Shown here piece by piece: positions 46,201 to 61,200 of a stretch of 64,000 bases of DNA; position 1 is the first letter of the stretch, and every line of letters starts with the position of its first letter. The notes under the pieces are model-generated. The model saw only the letters and a list, made by a program, of their open reading frames with translations. It searched no databases and was not told the DNA's origin. The stretch spans positions 34,410,001 through 34,474,000 of the forward strand of contig OZ024740.1 in NCBI GenBank assembly GCA_964016885.1, given 5' to 3'. Position numbers and translations under genes: made by a program. The stretch comes from Eledone cirrhosa. Its lineage: Eukaryota.

Positions 46201-49200
46201 GTGTTGTGGTTCAACAGACGAGAGTTAAATGTAAGGTGTTGTGGTTTAATAGGCGACAGTTAGAGGTAAGGTGTTGTCGTTTAACAGACGTCAGTTAGAT
46301 GTAAGGTGTTGTGGTTTAACAGGTGACAGTTAGATGTAAGGTGTTGTGGTTTAACAGGCGACAGTGAGATGTAAGGTGTTGTGGTTTAACAGGTGACAGT
46401 TCAGATGTAAGGTGTTGTGGTTTAACAGACGACATTTAGATGTAAGGTGTTGTGTTTCAACAGGCGACAGTTAGATGTAAGGTGTTGTGGTTTAACAGGT
46501 GACAGTTGTATGTAAGTTGTTGTGGTTTAACAGGCGACAGTTAGATGTATGGTGTTGTGGTTTAACAGGCGACAGTTAGATGCAAGGTGCTGTGGTTAAA
46601 CAGACGTCAGTTAGATGTAAGGTGTTGTGGTTCAAGAGGCGACAGTTAGATGTAAGGTGTTGTGGTTTAACAGGTGACAGTTAGATGTAAGGTGTAGAGG
46701 TTTAACAGACGACAGTTAGATGTAAGGTGTTGTGGTGTAACAGACGACAGTTAAATGTAAGGTGTTGTGGTTTAACAGGTGATAGTTAGATGTAAGGTGT
46801 AGTGGTTTAATAGACGGCAGTTAGATGTAAGGTGCAGTGGTTTAATAGGCGACAGTTAGATGTAAGGTGTTGCAGTTTAACAGGCGACAGTTAGATGTAA
46901 GGTGTAGTGGTTTAACAGGTGACAGTTAGATGTAAGGTGTTGTGGTTTAACAGGTGACAGTTAGATGTAAGGTGTTGTGGTTTAACAGGCAACAGTTAGA
47001 TGTAATGTGCTGTGGTTTAACAGACGACAGTTAGATCAAAGGTGTTGTGGTTTAACAGGTGACAGTTAGATGTAAGGTGTTGTGGTTTAACAGACGACAG
47101 TTAGATGTAAGGTGTAGTGGTTTAACAGACGACAGTTAGATGTAAGGTGTTGTGGTTTAACAGGCAACAGTTAGATGTAATGTGCTGTGGTTTAACAGGC
47201 GACAGTTAGATGTAATGTGTTGTGGTTTAACAGGCAACAGTTAGATGTAAAGTGTTGTGGTTTAACAGGTGACAGTTAGATGTAAGGTGTAGAGGTTTAA
47301 CAGACGACAGTTAGATGTAAGGTGTTGTGGTGTAACAGGCGACAGTTAGATGTAAGGTGTAGTGGTTCAACAGACGACAGTTAAATGTAAGGTGTTGTGG
47401 TTTAACAGACGGCAGTTAGATGTAAGGTGTAGTGGTTTAATAGGCGACAGTTAGATGTAAGGTGTTGTGGTTTAACAGGAGACAGTTACATGTAAGGTGT
47501 AGTGGTTTATCAGGCGAAGTTAGATGTAAGGTGTTGTGGTTCAACAGACGAGAGTTAAATGTAAGTTATTGTGGTTTAATAGACGACAGTTAGATGTAAT
47601 GTGTTGTTTAACAGACGTTAGTTAGATGTAAGGTGTAGTGGTTTCACAGGTGACAGTTAGATGTAAGGTGTTGTCGTTTAACAGGCGACAGTTAGATGTA
47701 AGGTATAGTGGTTTAACAGGCGAGAGTTAGATGTAAGGTGTTGTGGTTAAACAGGCGACAGTTAGATGTATGGTGTTGTGGTTTAACAGGTGACAGTTAG
47801 ATGTAAGGTGTTGTGGTTTAACAGGCGACAGTGAGATGTAAGGTGTTGTGGTTCAAATAGGCGACAGTGAGATGTAAGGTGTAGTGGTTTAACAGGTGAC
47901 AGTTAGAAGTATGGTGTTGTTGTTAAACAGTCGACAGTTAGATGGAAGGTGTTGTGGTTTAACAGGTGACAGTTAGATGTAAGGTATAGTGGTTTAACAG
48001 GCGACATTTAGATGTAAGGTGTTGTGGTTTAACAGGCGACAGTCAGATGTAAGGTGTTGTGGTTCAACAGGCGACAGTTAGATGTAAGGTGTTGTGGTTT
48101 AACAGGTGACAGTTAGATGTAAGGTGTAGAGGTTTAACAGACGACAGTTAGATGTAAGGTGTTGTGGTGTAACAGACGACAGTTAAATGTAAGGTGTTGT
48201 GGTTTAACAGGTGATAGTTAGATGTAAGGTGTAGTGGTTTAATAGACGGCAGTTAGATGTAAGGTGCAGTGGTTTAATAGGCGACAGTTAGATGTAAGGT
48301 GTTGCAGTTTAACAGGCGACAGTTAGATGTAAGGTGTAGTGGTTTAACAGGCGACAGTTAGATGTAAGGTGTTGTGGTTTAACAGACGACAGTTAGATGA
48401 AAGGTGTAGTGGTTTAACAGACGACAGTTAGATCAAAGGTGTTGTGGTTTAACAGACGACAGTTAGATGTAAGGTGTAGTGGTTTAACAGACGACAGTTA
48501 GATGTAAGGTGTTGTGGTTTAACAGACGACAGTTAGATGTAAGGTGTAGTGGTTTAACAGACGACAGTTACATGTAAGGTGTAGTGGTTTAACAGGTGAC
48601 AGTTAGATGTAAGGTGTAGTGGTTTAACAGGCGACAGTTAGATGTAAGGTGTTGTGGTTTAACAGGCAACAGTTAGATGTAAAGTGTTGTGGTTTAACAG
48701 GTGACAGTTAGATGTAAGGTGTAGAGGTTTAACAGACGGCAGTTAGATGTAAGGTGTTGTGGTGTAACAGGCGACAGTTAGATGTAAGGAGTAGTGGTTC
48801 AACAGACGACGGTTAAATGTAAGGTGTTGTGGTTTAACAGTTGATAGTTATATGTAAGGTGCAGTGGTTTAACAGACGGCAGTTAGATGTAAGGTGTAGT
48901 GGTTTAATAGGCGACAGTTAGATGTAAGGTGTTGCGGTTCAACAGGAGACAGTTAGATGTAAGGTGTAGTGGTTTATCAGGCGAGGTTAGATGTAAGGTG
49001 TAGTGGTTTAATAGGCGACAGTTATATGTAAGATGTAGTGGTTTAATAGGCGACGGTTAGATGTAAGGTGTTGTGGTTTAACAGGCGACAGTTAGATGTA
49101 AGGTGTTGTGGTTTAACAGGTGACAGTTAGATGTAAGATGTTGTGGTTTAACAGGGGACAGTTAGATGTAAGGTGTTGTGGTTCAACAGACGAGAGTTAA

Positions 49201-52200
49201 ATGTAAGGTGTTGTGGTTTAATAGGCGACAGTTAGAGGTAAGGTGTTGTCGTTTAACAGACGTCAGTTAGATGTAAGGTGTTGTGGTTTAACAGGTGACA
49301 GTTAGATGTAAGGTGTTGTGGTTTAACAGGCGACAGTGAGATGTAAGGTGTTGTGGTTTAACAGGTGACAGTTCAGATGTAAGGTGTTGTGGTTTAACAG
49401 ACGACATTTAGATGTAAGGTGTTGTGTTTCAACAGGCGACAGTTAGATGTAAGGTGTTGTGGTTTAACAGGTGACAGTTGTATGTAAGTTGTTGTGGTTT
49501 AACAGGCGACAGTTAGATGTATGGTGTTGTGGTTTAACAGGCGACAGTTAGATGTAAGGTGCTGTGGTTTAACAGACGTCAGTTAGATGTAAGGTGTTGT
49601 GGTTCAACAGACGAGAGTTAAATGTAAGGTATTGTGGTTTAACAGCCGACAGTTAGATGTAATGTGTTGTTTAACAGACGTTAGTTAGATGTAAGGTGTA
49701 GTGGTTTCACAGGTGACAGTTAGATGTAAGGTGTTGTCGTTTAATAGGCGCCAGTTAGATGTAAGGTATAGTGGTTTAACAGGCGAGAGTTAGATGTAAG
49801 GTGTTGTGGTTTAACAGGCGACAGTTAGATGTATGGTGTTGTGGTTTAACAGGTGACAGTTAGATGTAAGGTGTTGTGGTTTAACAGGCGACAGTGAGAT
49901 GTAAGGTGTTGTGGTTCAAGCAGGCGTCAGTGAGATGTAAGGTGTAGTAGTTTAACAGGTGACAGTTAGATGTATAGTGTTGTCGTTAAACAGTCGACAG
50001 TTAGATGGAAGGTGTTGTGGTTTAACAGGTGACAGTTAGATGTAAGGTATAGTGGTTTAACAGGCGACAGTTAGATGTAAGGTGTTGTGGTTTAACCAGC
50101 GACAGTTAGATGTAAGGTGTTGTGGTTTAACAGGCGACAGTTAGATGTAAGGTGTAGTGGTTTAACAGGCGACAGTTAGATATAAATTGTTGTGGTTTAA
50201 CAGACGACAGTTAGATGAAAGGTGTTGTGGTTTAACAGGCGACAGTTAGATGTAAGGTGTTGTGGTTTAACAGGCGACAGTTAGATGTGAGGTGTAGTGG
50301 TTTAACAGGCGACAGTTAGATGTAAGGTGTAGTGGTTTAACAGACGACAGTTAGATGTAAGGTGTAGTGGTTTAACAGGCGACAGTTAGATATAAATTGT
50401 TGTGGTTTAACAGACGACAGTTAGATGTAAGGTGTTGTGGTTTAACAGGCGACAGTTAGATGTAAGGTGTAGTGGTTTAACAGGCGACAGTTAGATGTAA
50501 GTTGTAGTGGTTTAACAGGCAACAGTTAGATGTAAGGTGTTGTGGTTTAACAGGCAACAGTTAGATGTAAGGTGTAGTGGTTCAACAGACGACAGTTAAA
50601 TGTAAGGTGTTGTGTTTTAACAGGCGACAGTCAGATGTGAGGTGTTGTGGTTTAACAGGCAACAGTTAGATGTAAGGTGTAGTGGTTTAACAGGCGACAG
50701 TTAGATGTAAGGTGTTGTCGTTTAACAGGCAACAGTTAGATGTAAGTTGTAGTGGTTTAACAGGCGACAGTTAGATGTAAGATGTTGTAGTTTAACAGAC
50801 GACAGTTAGATGTAAGGTGTTGTGGTTTAACAGACGACAGTTAGATGTAAGGTGTAGTCGTTTAACCGGCGACAGTTAGATGTAAGGTGTTGTGGTTTAA
50901 CAGGCGACAGTTAGATGTAAGGTGTAGTGGTTTAACAGACGACAGTTAGATGTAAGGTGTTGTGGTTTAACAGGCAACAGTTAGATGTAATGTGCTGTGG
51001 TTTAACAGGCGACAGTTAGATGTAATGTGTTGTGGTTTAACAGGCAACAGTTAGATGTAAGGTGTAGTGGTTCAACAGACGATAGTTAAATGTAAGGTGT
51101 TGTGTTTTAACAGGCGACAGTCAGATGTAAGGTGTTGTGGTTCAACAGGCGACAGTTAGATGTAACGTGTTTTGGTTTAATAGAGGGCAGTTAGATGTAA
51201 GGTGCAGTGGTTTAATAGGCGACAGTTAGATGCAAGGTGTAGTGGTTTAACCGGCGACAGTTAGATGTAAGGTGTAGTGGTTTAACAGGCAACAGTTAGA
51301 TGTAAGGTGTTGTGGTTTAACAGAGGACAGTTAGATGTAAGGTGTTGTGGTTTAACAGACAACAGTTAGATGTAAGGTGTTGTGGTTTAACAGGCGACAG
51401 TTAGATGTAAGTTGTAGTGGTTTAACAGGCGACAGTTAGATGTAAGGTGTTGTAGTTTAACAGACGACAGTTAGATGTAAGGTGTTGTGGTTTAACAGAC
51501 GACAGTTAGATGTAAGGTGTAGTGGTTTAACCGGCGACAGTTAGATGTAAGGTGTTGTGGTTTAACAGACGACAGTTAGATGTAAGGTGTAGTGGTTTAA
51601 CCGGCGACAGTTAGATGTAAGGTGTTGTGGTTTAACAGGCGACAGTTAGATGTAAGGTGTTGTGGTTTAACCAGCGACAGTTAGATGTAAGGTGTTGTGG
51701 TTTAACAGGCGACAGTTAGATGTAAGGTGTAGTGGTTTAACAGGCGACAGTTAGATGTAAGTTGTAGTGGTTTAACAGGCAACAGTTAGATGTAAGGTGT
51801 TGTGGTTTAACAGGCAACAGTTAGATGTAAGGTGTAGTGGTTCAACAGACGACAGTTAAATGTAAGGTGTTGTGTTTTAACAGGCGACAGTCAGATGTGA
51901 GGTGTTGTGGTTTAACAGGCAACAGTTAGATGTAAGGTGTAGTGGTTTAACAGGCGACAGTTAGATGTAAGGTGTTGTCGTTTAACAGGCAACAGTTAGA
52001 TGTAAGTTGTAGTGGTTTAACAGGCGACAGTTAGATGTAAGATGTTGTAGTTTAACAGACGACAGTTAGATGTAAGGTGTTGTGGTTTAACAGACGACAG
52101 TTAGATGTAAGGTGTAGTCGTTTAACCGGCGACAGTTAGATGTAAGGTGTTGTGGTTTAACAGGCGACAGTTAGATGTAAGGTGTAGTGGTTTAACAGAC

Positions 52201-55200
52201 GACAGTTAGATGTAAGGTGTTGTGGTTTAACAGGCAACAGTTAGATGTAATGTGCTGTGGTTTAACAGGCGACAGTTAGATGTAATGTGTTGTGGTTTAA
52301 CAGGCAACAGTTAGATGTAAGGTGTAGTGGTTCAACAGACGATAGTTAAATGTAAGGTGTTGTGTTTTAACAGGCGACAGTCAGATGTAAGGTGTTGTGG
52401 TTCAACAGGCGACAGTTAGATGTAACGTGTTTTGGTTTAATAGAGGGCAGTTAGATGTAAGGTGCAGTGGTTTAATAGGCGACAGTTAGATGCAAGGTGT
52501 AGTGGTTTAACCGGCGACAGTTAGATGTAAGGTGTAGTGGTTTAACAGGCAACAGTTAGATGTAAGGTGTTGTGGTTTAACAGAGGACAGTTAGATGTAA
52601 GGTGTTGTGGTTTAACAGACAACAGTTAGATGTAAGGTGTTGTGGTTTAACAGGCGACAGTTAGATGTAAGTTGTAGTGGTTTAACAGGCGACAGTTAGA
52701 TGTAAGGTGTTGTAGTTTAACAGACGACAGTTAGATGTAAGGTGTTGTGGTTTAACAGACGACAGTTAGATGTAAGGTGTAGTGGTTTAACCGGCGACAG
52801 TTAGATGTAAGGTGTTGTGGTTTAACAGACGACAGTTAGATGTAAGGTGTAGTGGTTTAACCGGCGACAGTTAGATGTAAGGTGTTGTGGTTTAACAGGC
52901 GACAGTTAGATGTAAGGTGTTGTGGTTTAACCAGCGACAGTTAGATGTAAGGTGTTGTGGTTTAACAGGCGACAGTTAGATGTAAGGTGTAGTGGTTTAA
53001 CAGGCGACAGTTAGATATAAATTGTTGTGGTTTAACAGACGACAGTTAGATGAAAGGTGTTGTGGTTTAACAGGCGACAGTTAGATGTAAGGTGTTGTGG
53101 TTTAACAGACGACAGTTAGATGTAAGGTGTAGTGGTTTAACCGGCGACAGTTAGATGTAAGGTGTTGTGGTTTAACAGGCGACAGTTAGATGTAAGGTGT
53201 TGTGGTTTAACAGGCGACCGTTAGGTGTAAAGTGTAGTGGTTTAACAGACGACAGTTAGATGTAAGGTGTTGTGGTTTAACAGGCGACAGTTAGATGTAA
53301 GGTGTTGTGGTTTCACAGACGACAGTTAGATGTAAGGTGTAGTGGTTTAACAGGCGACAGTTAGATGTAAGGTGTTGTGGTTTAACAGGCGACAGTTAGA
53401 TGTAAAGTGTAGTGGTTTAACAGGCGACAGTTAGATGTAAGATGTAGTGGTTTAATAGGCGACAGTTAGATGTAAGGTGTTGTGGTTTAACAGGCGACAG
53501 TTAGATGTAAGGTGTTGTGGTTTAACAGATGACAGTTAGATGTAAGGTGTTGTGGTTTAACAGGGGACAGTTAGATGTAAGGTTTTGTGGTTCAACAGAC
53601 GAGAGTTAAATGTAAGGTGTTGTGGTTTAACAGGCGACAGTTAGATGTAAGGTGTAGTGGTTCAACAAACGACAGTTAAATGTAAGGTGTTGTGGTTTAA
53701 CAGGTGATAGTTAGATGTAAGTTGTAGTGGTTTAATAGATGGCAGTTAGATGTAAGGTGCAGTGGTTTAATAGGCGACAGTTAGATGTAAGGTGCTGCAG
53801 TTTAACAGGCGACAGTTAGATGTAAGGTGTTGTGGTTTAACAGACGACAGTTAGATGTAAGGTGTAGTGGTTTAACCGGCGACAGTTAGATGTAAGGTGT
53901 TGTGGTTTAACAGGCGACAGTTAGATGTAAGGTGTAGTGGTTTAACAGGCGACAGTTAGATGTAAGGTGTAGTGGTTTAACAGACGACAGTTAGATATAA
54001 GGTGTAGTGGTTTAACAGCCGACAGTTAGATGTAAGGTGTAGTGGTTTAACAGGCGACAGTTAGATGTAAGGTGTTGTGGTTTAACAGGCGACAGTTAGA
54101 TGTAAGGTGTAGTGGTTTAACAGGCGACCGTTAGATGTAAGTTGTAGTGGTTTAACAGGCAACAGTTAGATGTAAGGTGTTGTGGTTTAACAGGTCACAG
54201 TTAGATGTAAGGTGTTGTGGTTTAACAGGCGACAGTGAGATGTAAGGTGTTGTGGTTCAAACAGGCGACAGTGAGATGTAAGGTGTAGTGGTTTAACAGG
54301 TGACAGTTAGAAGTATGGTGTTGTTGTTAAACAGTCGACAGTTAGATGGAAGGTGTTGTGGTTTAACAGGTGACAGTTAGATGTAAGATGTTGTGGTTTA
54401 ACAGGGGACAGTTAGATGTAAGATGTTGTGGTTCAACAGACGAGAGTTAAATGTAAGGTGTTGTGGTTTAATAGGCGACAGTTAGAGGTAAGGTGTTGTC
54501 GTTTAACAGACGTCAGTTAGATGTAAGGTGTTGTGGTTTAACAGGTGACAGTTAGATGTAAGGTGTTGTGGTTTAACAGGCGACAGTGAGATGTAAGGTG
54601 TTGTGGTTTAACAGGTGACAGTTCAGATGTAAGGTGTTGTGGTTTAACAGACGACATTTAGATGTAAGGTGTTGTGTTTCAACAGGCGACAGTTAGATGT
54701 AAGGTGTTGTGGTGTAACAGGTGACAGTTGTATGTAAGTTGTTGTGGTTTAACAGGCGACAGTTAGATGTATGGTGTTGTGGTTTAACAGGCGACAGTTA
54801 GATGTAAGGTGCTGTGGTTTAACAGACGTCAGTTAGATGTAAGGTGTTGTGGTTCAACAGACGAGAGTTAAATGTAAGGTATTGTGGTTTAACAGCCGAC
54901 AGTTAGATGTAATGTGTTGTTTAACAGACGTTAGTTAGATGTAAGGTGTAGTGGTTTCACAGGTGACAGTTAGATGTAAGGTGTTGTCGTTTAACAGGCG
55001 ACAGTTAGATGTAAGGTATAGTGGTTTAACAGGCGAGAGTTAGATGTAAGGTGTTGTGGTTTAACAGGCGACAGTTAGATGTATGGTGTTGTGGTTTAAC
55101 AGGTGACAGTTAGATGTAAGGTGTTGTGGTTTAACAGGCGACAGTGAGATGTAAGGTGTTGTGGTTCAAGCAGGCGTCAGTGAGATGTAAGGTGTAGTAG

Positions 55201-58200
55201 TTTAACAGGTGACAGTTAGATGTATAGTGTTGTCGTTAAACAGTCGACAGTTAGATGGAAGGTGTTGTGGTTTAACAGGTGACAGTTAGATGTAAGGTAT
55301 AGTGGTTTAACAGGCGACAGTTAGATGTAAGGTGTTGTGGTTTAACCAGCGACAGTTAGATGTAAGGTGTTGTGGTTTAACAGGCGACAGTTAGATGTAA
55401 GGTGTAGTGGTTTAACAGGCGACAGTTAGATATAAATTGTTGTGGTTTAACAGACGACAGTTAGATGAAAGGTGTTGTGGTTTAACAGGCGACAGTTAGA
55501 TGTAAGGTGTTGTGGTTTAACAGGCGACAGTTAGATGTAAGGTGTAGTGGTTTAACAGGCGACAGTTAGATGTAAGGTGTAGTGGTTTAACAGACGACAG
55601 TTAGATGTAAGGTGTAGTGGTTTAACAGGCGACAGTTAGATATAAATTGTTGTGGTTTAACAGACGACAGTTAGATGTAAGTTGTAGTGGTTTAACAGGC
55701 AACAGTTAGATGTAAGGTGTTGTGGTTTAACAGGCAACAGTTAGATGTAAGGTGTAGTGGTTCAACAGACGACAGTTAAATGTAAGGTGTTGTGTTTTAA
55801 CAGGCGACAGTCAGATGTGAGGTGTTGTGGTTTAACAGGCAACAGTTAGATGTAAGGTGTAGTGGTTTAACAGGCGACAGTTAGATGTAAGGTGTTGTCG
55901 TTTAACAGGCAACAGTTAGATGTAAGTTGTAGTGGTTTAACAGGCGACAGTTAGATGTAAGATGTTGTAGTTTAACAGACGACAGTTAGATGTAAGGTGT
56001 TGTGGTTTAACAGACGACAGTTAGATGTAAGGTGTAGTGGTTTAACCGGCGACAGTTAGATGTAAGGTGTTGTGGTTTAACAGGCGACAGTTAGATGTAA
56101 GGTGTAGTGGTTTAACAGACGACAGTTAGATGTAAGGTGTTGTGGTTTAACAGGCAACAGTTAGATGTAATGTGCTGTGGTTTAACAGGCGACAGTTAGA
56201 TGTAATGTGTTGTGGTTTAACAGGCAACAGTTAGATGTAAGGTGTAGTGGTTCAACAGACGATAGTTAAATGTAAGGTGTTGTGTTTTAACAGGCGACAG
56301 TCAGATGTAAGGTGTTGTGGTTCAACAGGCGACAGTTAGATGTAACGTGTTTTGGTTTAATAGAGGGCAGTTAGATGTAAGGTGCAGTGGTTTAATAGGC
56401 GACAGTTAGATGCAAGGTGTAGTGGTTTAACCGGCGACAGTTAGATGTAAGGTGTAGTGGTTTAACAGGCAACAGTTAGATGTAAGGTGTTGTGGTTTAA
56501 CAGAGGACAGTTAGATGTAAGGTGTTGTGGTTTAACAGACAACAGTTAGATGTAAGGTGTTGTGGTTTAACAGGCGACAGTTAGATGTAAGTTGTAGTGG
56601 TTTAACAGGCGACAGTTAGATGTAAGGTGTTGTAGTTTAACAGACGACAGTTAGATGTAAGGTGTTGTGGTTTAACAGACGACAGTTAGATGTAAGGTGT
56701 AGTGGTTTAACCGGCGACAGTTAGATGTAAGGTGTTGTGGTTTAACAGACGACAGTTAGATGTAAGGTGTAGTGGTTTAACCGGCGACAGTTAGATGTAA
56801 GGTGTTGTGGTTTAACAGGCGACAGTTAGATGTAAGGTGTTGTGGTTTAACAGGCGACAGTTAGGTGTAAAGTGTAGTGGTTTAACAGACGACAGTTAGA
56901 TGTAAGGTGTAGTGGTTTAACAGGCGACAGTTAGATGTAAGGTGTTGTGGTTTAACAGACGACAGTTAGATGTAAGGTGTAGTGGTTTAACAGGCGACAG
57001 TTAGATGTAAGGTGTTTTGGTTTAACAGGCGACAGTTAGATGTAAAGTGTAGTGGTTTAACAGGCGACAGTTAGATGTAAGATGTAGTGGTTTAATAGGC
57101 GACAGTTAGATGTAAGGTGTTGTGGTTTAACAGGTGACAGTTAAATGTAAAGTGTTGTGGTTCAACAGACGACAGTTAAATGTAAGGTGTTGTGGTTTAA
57201 CAGATGACAGTTAGATGTAAGGTGTTGTGGTTTAACAGGCGACAGTTAGATGTAAGGTGTTGTGGTTTAACAGATGACAGTTAGATGTAAGGTGTTGTGG
57301 TTTAACAGGCGACAGTTAGATGTAAGGTTTTGTGGTTCAACAGACGAGAGTCAAATGTAAGGTGTTGTGGTTTAACAGGCGACAGTTAGATGTAAGGTGT
57401 AGTGGTTCAACAAACGACAGTTAAATGTAAGGTGTTGTGGTTTAATAGGCGACAGTAAGAGGTAAGGTGTTGTCGTTTAACAGACGTCAGTTAGATGTAA
57501 GGTGTTGTGGTTTAACAAGTGACAGTTAGATGTAAGGTGTTGTGGTTTAACAGGTGACAGTTAGATGTAAGGTGTTGTGGTTTAACAGGCGACAGTGAGA
57601 TGTAAGGTGTTGTGGTTTAACAGGTGACAGTTCAGATGTAAGGTGTTGTGGTTTAACAGACGACAGTTAGATGTAAGGTGTTGTGTTTCAACCGGCGACA
57701 GTTAGATGTAAGGTGTTGTGGTTAACAGGTGACAGTTGTATGTAAGTTGTTGTGGTTTAACAGGCGACAGTTAGATGTATTGTGTTGTGGTTTAACAGGC
57801 GACAGTTAGATGTAAGGTGTTGTGGTTTTACAGACGTCAGTTATATGTAAGGTGTTGTGGTTCAACAGACGAGAGTTAAATGTAAGTTATTGTGGTTTAA
57901 CAGACGACAGTTAGATGTAATGTGTTGTTTAACAGACGTTAGTTAGATGTAAGGTGTAGTGGTTTCACAGGTGACAGTTAGATGTAAGGTGTAGTGGTTT
58001 AACAGGCGACAGTTAGATGTAAGGTGTTGTGGTTTAACAGGCAACAGTTAGATGTAAAGTGTTGTGGTTTAACAGGTGACAGTTAGATGTAAGGTGTAGA
58101 GGTTTAACAGACGGCAGTTAGATGTAAGGTGTTGTGGTGTAACAGGCGACAGTTAGATGTAAGGAGTAGTGGTTCAACAGACGACGGTTAAATGTAAGGT

Positions 58201-61200
58201 GTTGTGGTTTAACAGTTGATAGTTATATGTAAGGTGCAGTGGTTTAACAGACGGCAGTTAGATGTAAGGTGTAGTGGTTTAATAGGCGAGAGTTAGATGT
58301 AAGGTGTTGCGGTTCAACAGGAGACAGTTAGATGTAAGGTGTAGTGGTTTATCAGGCGAGGTTAGATGTAAGGTGTAGTGGTTTAATAGGCGACAGTTAT
58401 ATGTAAGATGTAGTGGTTTAATAGGCGACGGTTAGATGTAAGGTGTTGTGGTTTAACAGGCGACAGTTAGATGTAAGGTGTTGTGGTTTAACAGGTGACA
58501 GTTAGATGTAAGATGTTGTGGTTTAACAGGGGACAGTTAGATGTAAGGTGTTGTGGTTCAACAGACGAGAGTTAAATGTAAGGTGTTGTGGTTTAATAGG
58601 CGACAGTTAGAGGTAAGGTGTTGTCGTTTAACAGACGTCAGTTAGATGTAAGGTGTTGTGGTTTAACAGGTGACAGTTAGATGTAAGGTGTTGTGGTTTA
58701 ACAGGCGACAGTGAGATGTAAGGTGTTGTGGTTTAACAGGTGACAGTTCAGATGTAAGGTGTTGTGGTTTAACAGACGACATTTAGATGTAAGGTGTTGT
58801 GTTTCAACAGGCGACAGTTAGATGTAAGGTGTTGTGGTTTAACAGGTGACAGTTGTATGTAAGTTGTTGTGGTTTAACAGGCGACAGTTAGATGTATGGT
58901 GTTGTGGTTTAACAGGCGACAGTTAGATGTAAGGTGCTGTGGTTTAACAGACGTCAGTTAGATGTAAGGTGTTGTGGTTCAACAGACGAGAGTTAAATGT
59001 AAGGTATTGTGGTTTAACAGCCGACAGTTAGATGTAATGTGTTGTTTAACAGACGTTAGTTAGATGTAAGGTGTAGTGGTTTCACAGGTGACAGTTAGAT
59101 GTAAGGTGTTGTCGTTTAACAGGCGACAGTTAGATGTAAGGTATAGTGGTTTAACAGGCGAGAGTTAGATGTAAGGTGTTGTGGTTTAACAGGCGACAGT
59201 TAGATGTATGGTGTTGTGGTTTAACAGGTGACAGTTAGATGTAAGGTGTTGTGGTTTAACAGGCGACAGTGAGATGTAAGGTGTTGTGGTTCAAGCAGGC
59301 GTCAGTGAGATGTAAGGTGTAGTAGTTTAACAGGTGACAGTTAGATGTATAGTGTTGTCGTTAAACAGTCGACAGTTAGATGGAAGGTGTTGTGGTTTAA
59401 CAGGTGACAGTTAGATGTAAGGTATAGTGGTTTAACAGGCGACAGTTAGATGTAAGGTGTTGTGGTTTAACCAGCGACAGTTAGATGTAAGGTGTTGTGG
59501 TTTAACAGGCGACAGTTAGATGTAAGGTGTAGTGGTTTAACAGGCGACAGTTAGATATAAATTGTTGTGGTTTAACAGACGACAGTTAGATGAAAGGTGT
59601 TGTGGTTTAACAGGCGACAGTTAGATGTAAGGTGTTGTGGTTTAACAGGCGACAGTTAGATGTAAGGTGTAGTGGTTTAACAGGCGACAGTTAGATGTAA
59701 GGTGTAGTGGTTTAACAGACGTCAGTTAGATGTAAGGTGTAGTGGTTTAACAGGCGACAGTTAGATATAAATTGTTGTGGTTTAACAGACGACAGTTAGA
59801 TGTAAGGTGTTGTGGTTTAACAGGCGACAGTTAGATGTAAGGTGTAGTGGTTTAACAGGCGACAGTTAGATGTAAGTTGTAGTGGTTTAACAGGCAACAG
59901 TTAGATGTAAGGTGTTGTGGTTTAACAGGCAACAGTTAGATGTAAGGTGTAGTGGTTCAACAGACGACAGTTAAATGTAAGGTGTTGTGTTTTAACAGGC
60001 GACAGTCAGATGTGAGGTGTTGTGGTTTAACAGGCAACAGTTAGATGTAAGGTGTAGTGGTTTAACAGGCGACAGTTAGATGTAAGGTGTTGTCGTTTAA
60101 CAGGCAACAGTTAGATGTAAGTTGTAGTGGTTTAACAGGCGACAGTTAGATGTAAGATGTTGTAGTTTAACAGACGACAGTTAGATGTAAGGTGTTGTGG
60201 TTTAACAGACGACAGTTAGATGTAAGGTGTAGTCGTTTAACCGGCGACAGTTAGATGTAAGGTGTTGTGGTTTAACAGGCGACAGTTAGATGTAAGGTGT
60301 AGTGGTTTAACAGACGACAGTTAGATGTAAGGTGTTGTGGTTTAACAGGCAACAGTTAGATGTAATGTGCTTTGGTTTAACAGGCGACAGTTAGATGTAA
60401 TGTGTTGTGGTTTAACAGGCAACAGTTAGATGTAAGGTGTAGTGGTTCAACAGACGATAGTTAAATGTAAGGTGTTGTGTTTTAACAGGCGACAGTCAGA
60501 TGTAAGGTGTTGTGGTTCAACAGGCGACAGTTAGATGTAACGTGTTTTGGTTTAATAGAGGGCAGTTAGATGTAAGGTGCAGTGGTTTAATAGGCGACAG
60601 TTAGATGCAAGGTGTAGTGGTTTAACCGGCGACAGTTAGATGTAAGGTGTAGTGGTTTAACAGGCAACAGTTAGATGTAAGGTGTTGTGGTTTAACAGAG
60701 GACAGTTAGATGTAAGGTGTTGTGGTTTAACAGACAACAGTTAGATGTAAGGTGTTGTGGTTTAACAGGCGACAGTTAGATGTAAGTTGTAGTGGTTTAA
60801 CAGGCGACAGTTAGATGTAAGGTGTTGTAGTTTAACAGACGACAGTTAGATGTAAGGTGTTGTGGTTTAACAGACGACAGTTAGATGTAAGGTGTAGTGG
60901 TTTAACCGGCGACAGTTAGATGTAAGGTGTTGTGGTTTAACAGACGACAGTTAGATGTAAGGTGTAGTGGTTTAACCGGCGACAGTTAGATGTAAGGTGT
61001 TGTGGTTTAACAGGCGACAGTTAGATGTAAGGTGTTGTGGTTTAACCAGCGACAGTTAGATGTAAGGTGTTGTGGTTTAACAGGCGACAGTTAGATGTAA
61101 GGTGTAGTGGTTTAACAGGCGACAGTTAGATATAAATTGTTGTGGTTTAACAGACGACAGTTAGATGAAAGGTGTTGTGGTTTAACAGGCGACAGTTAGA

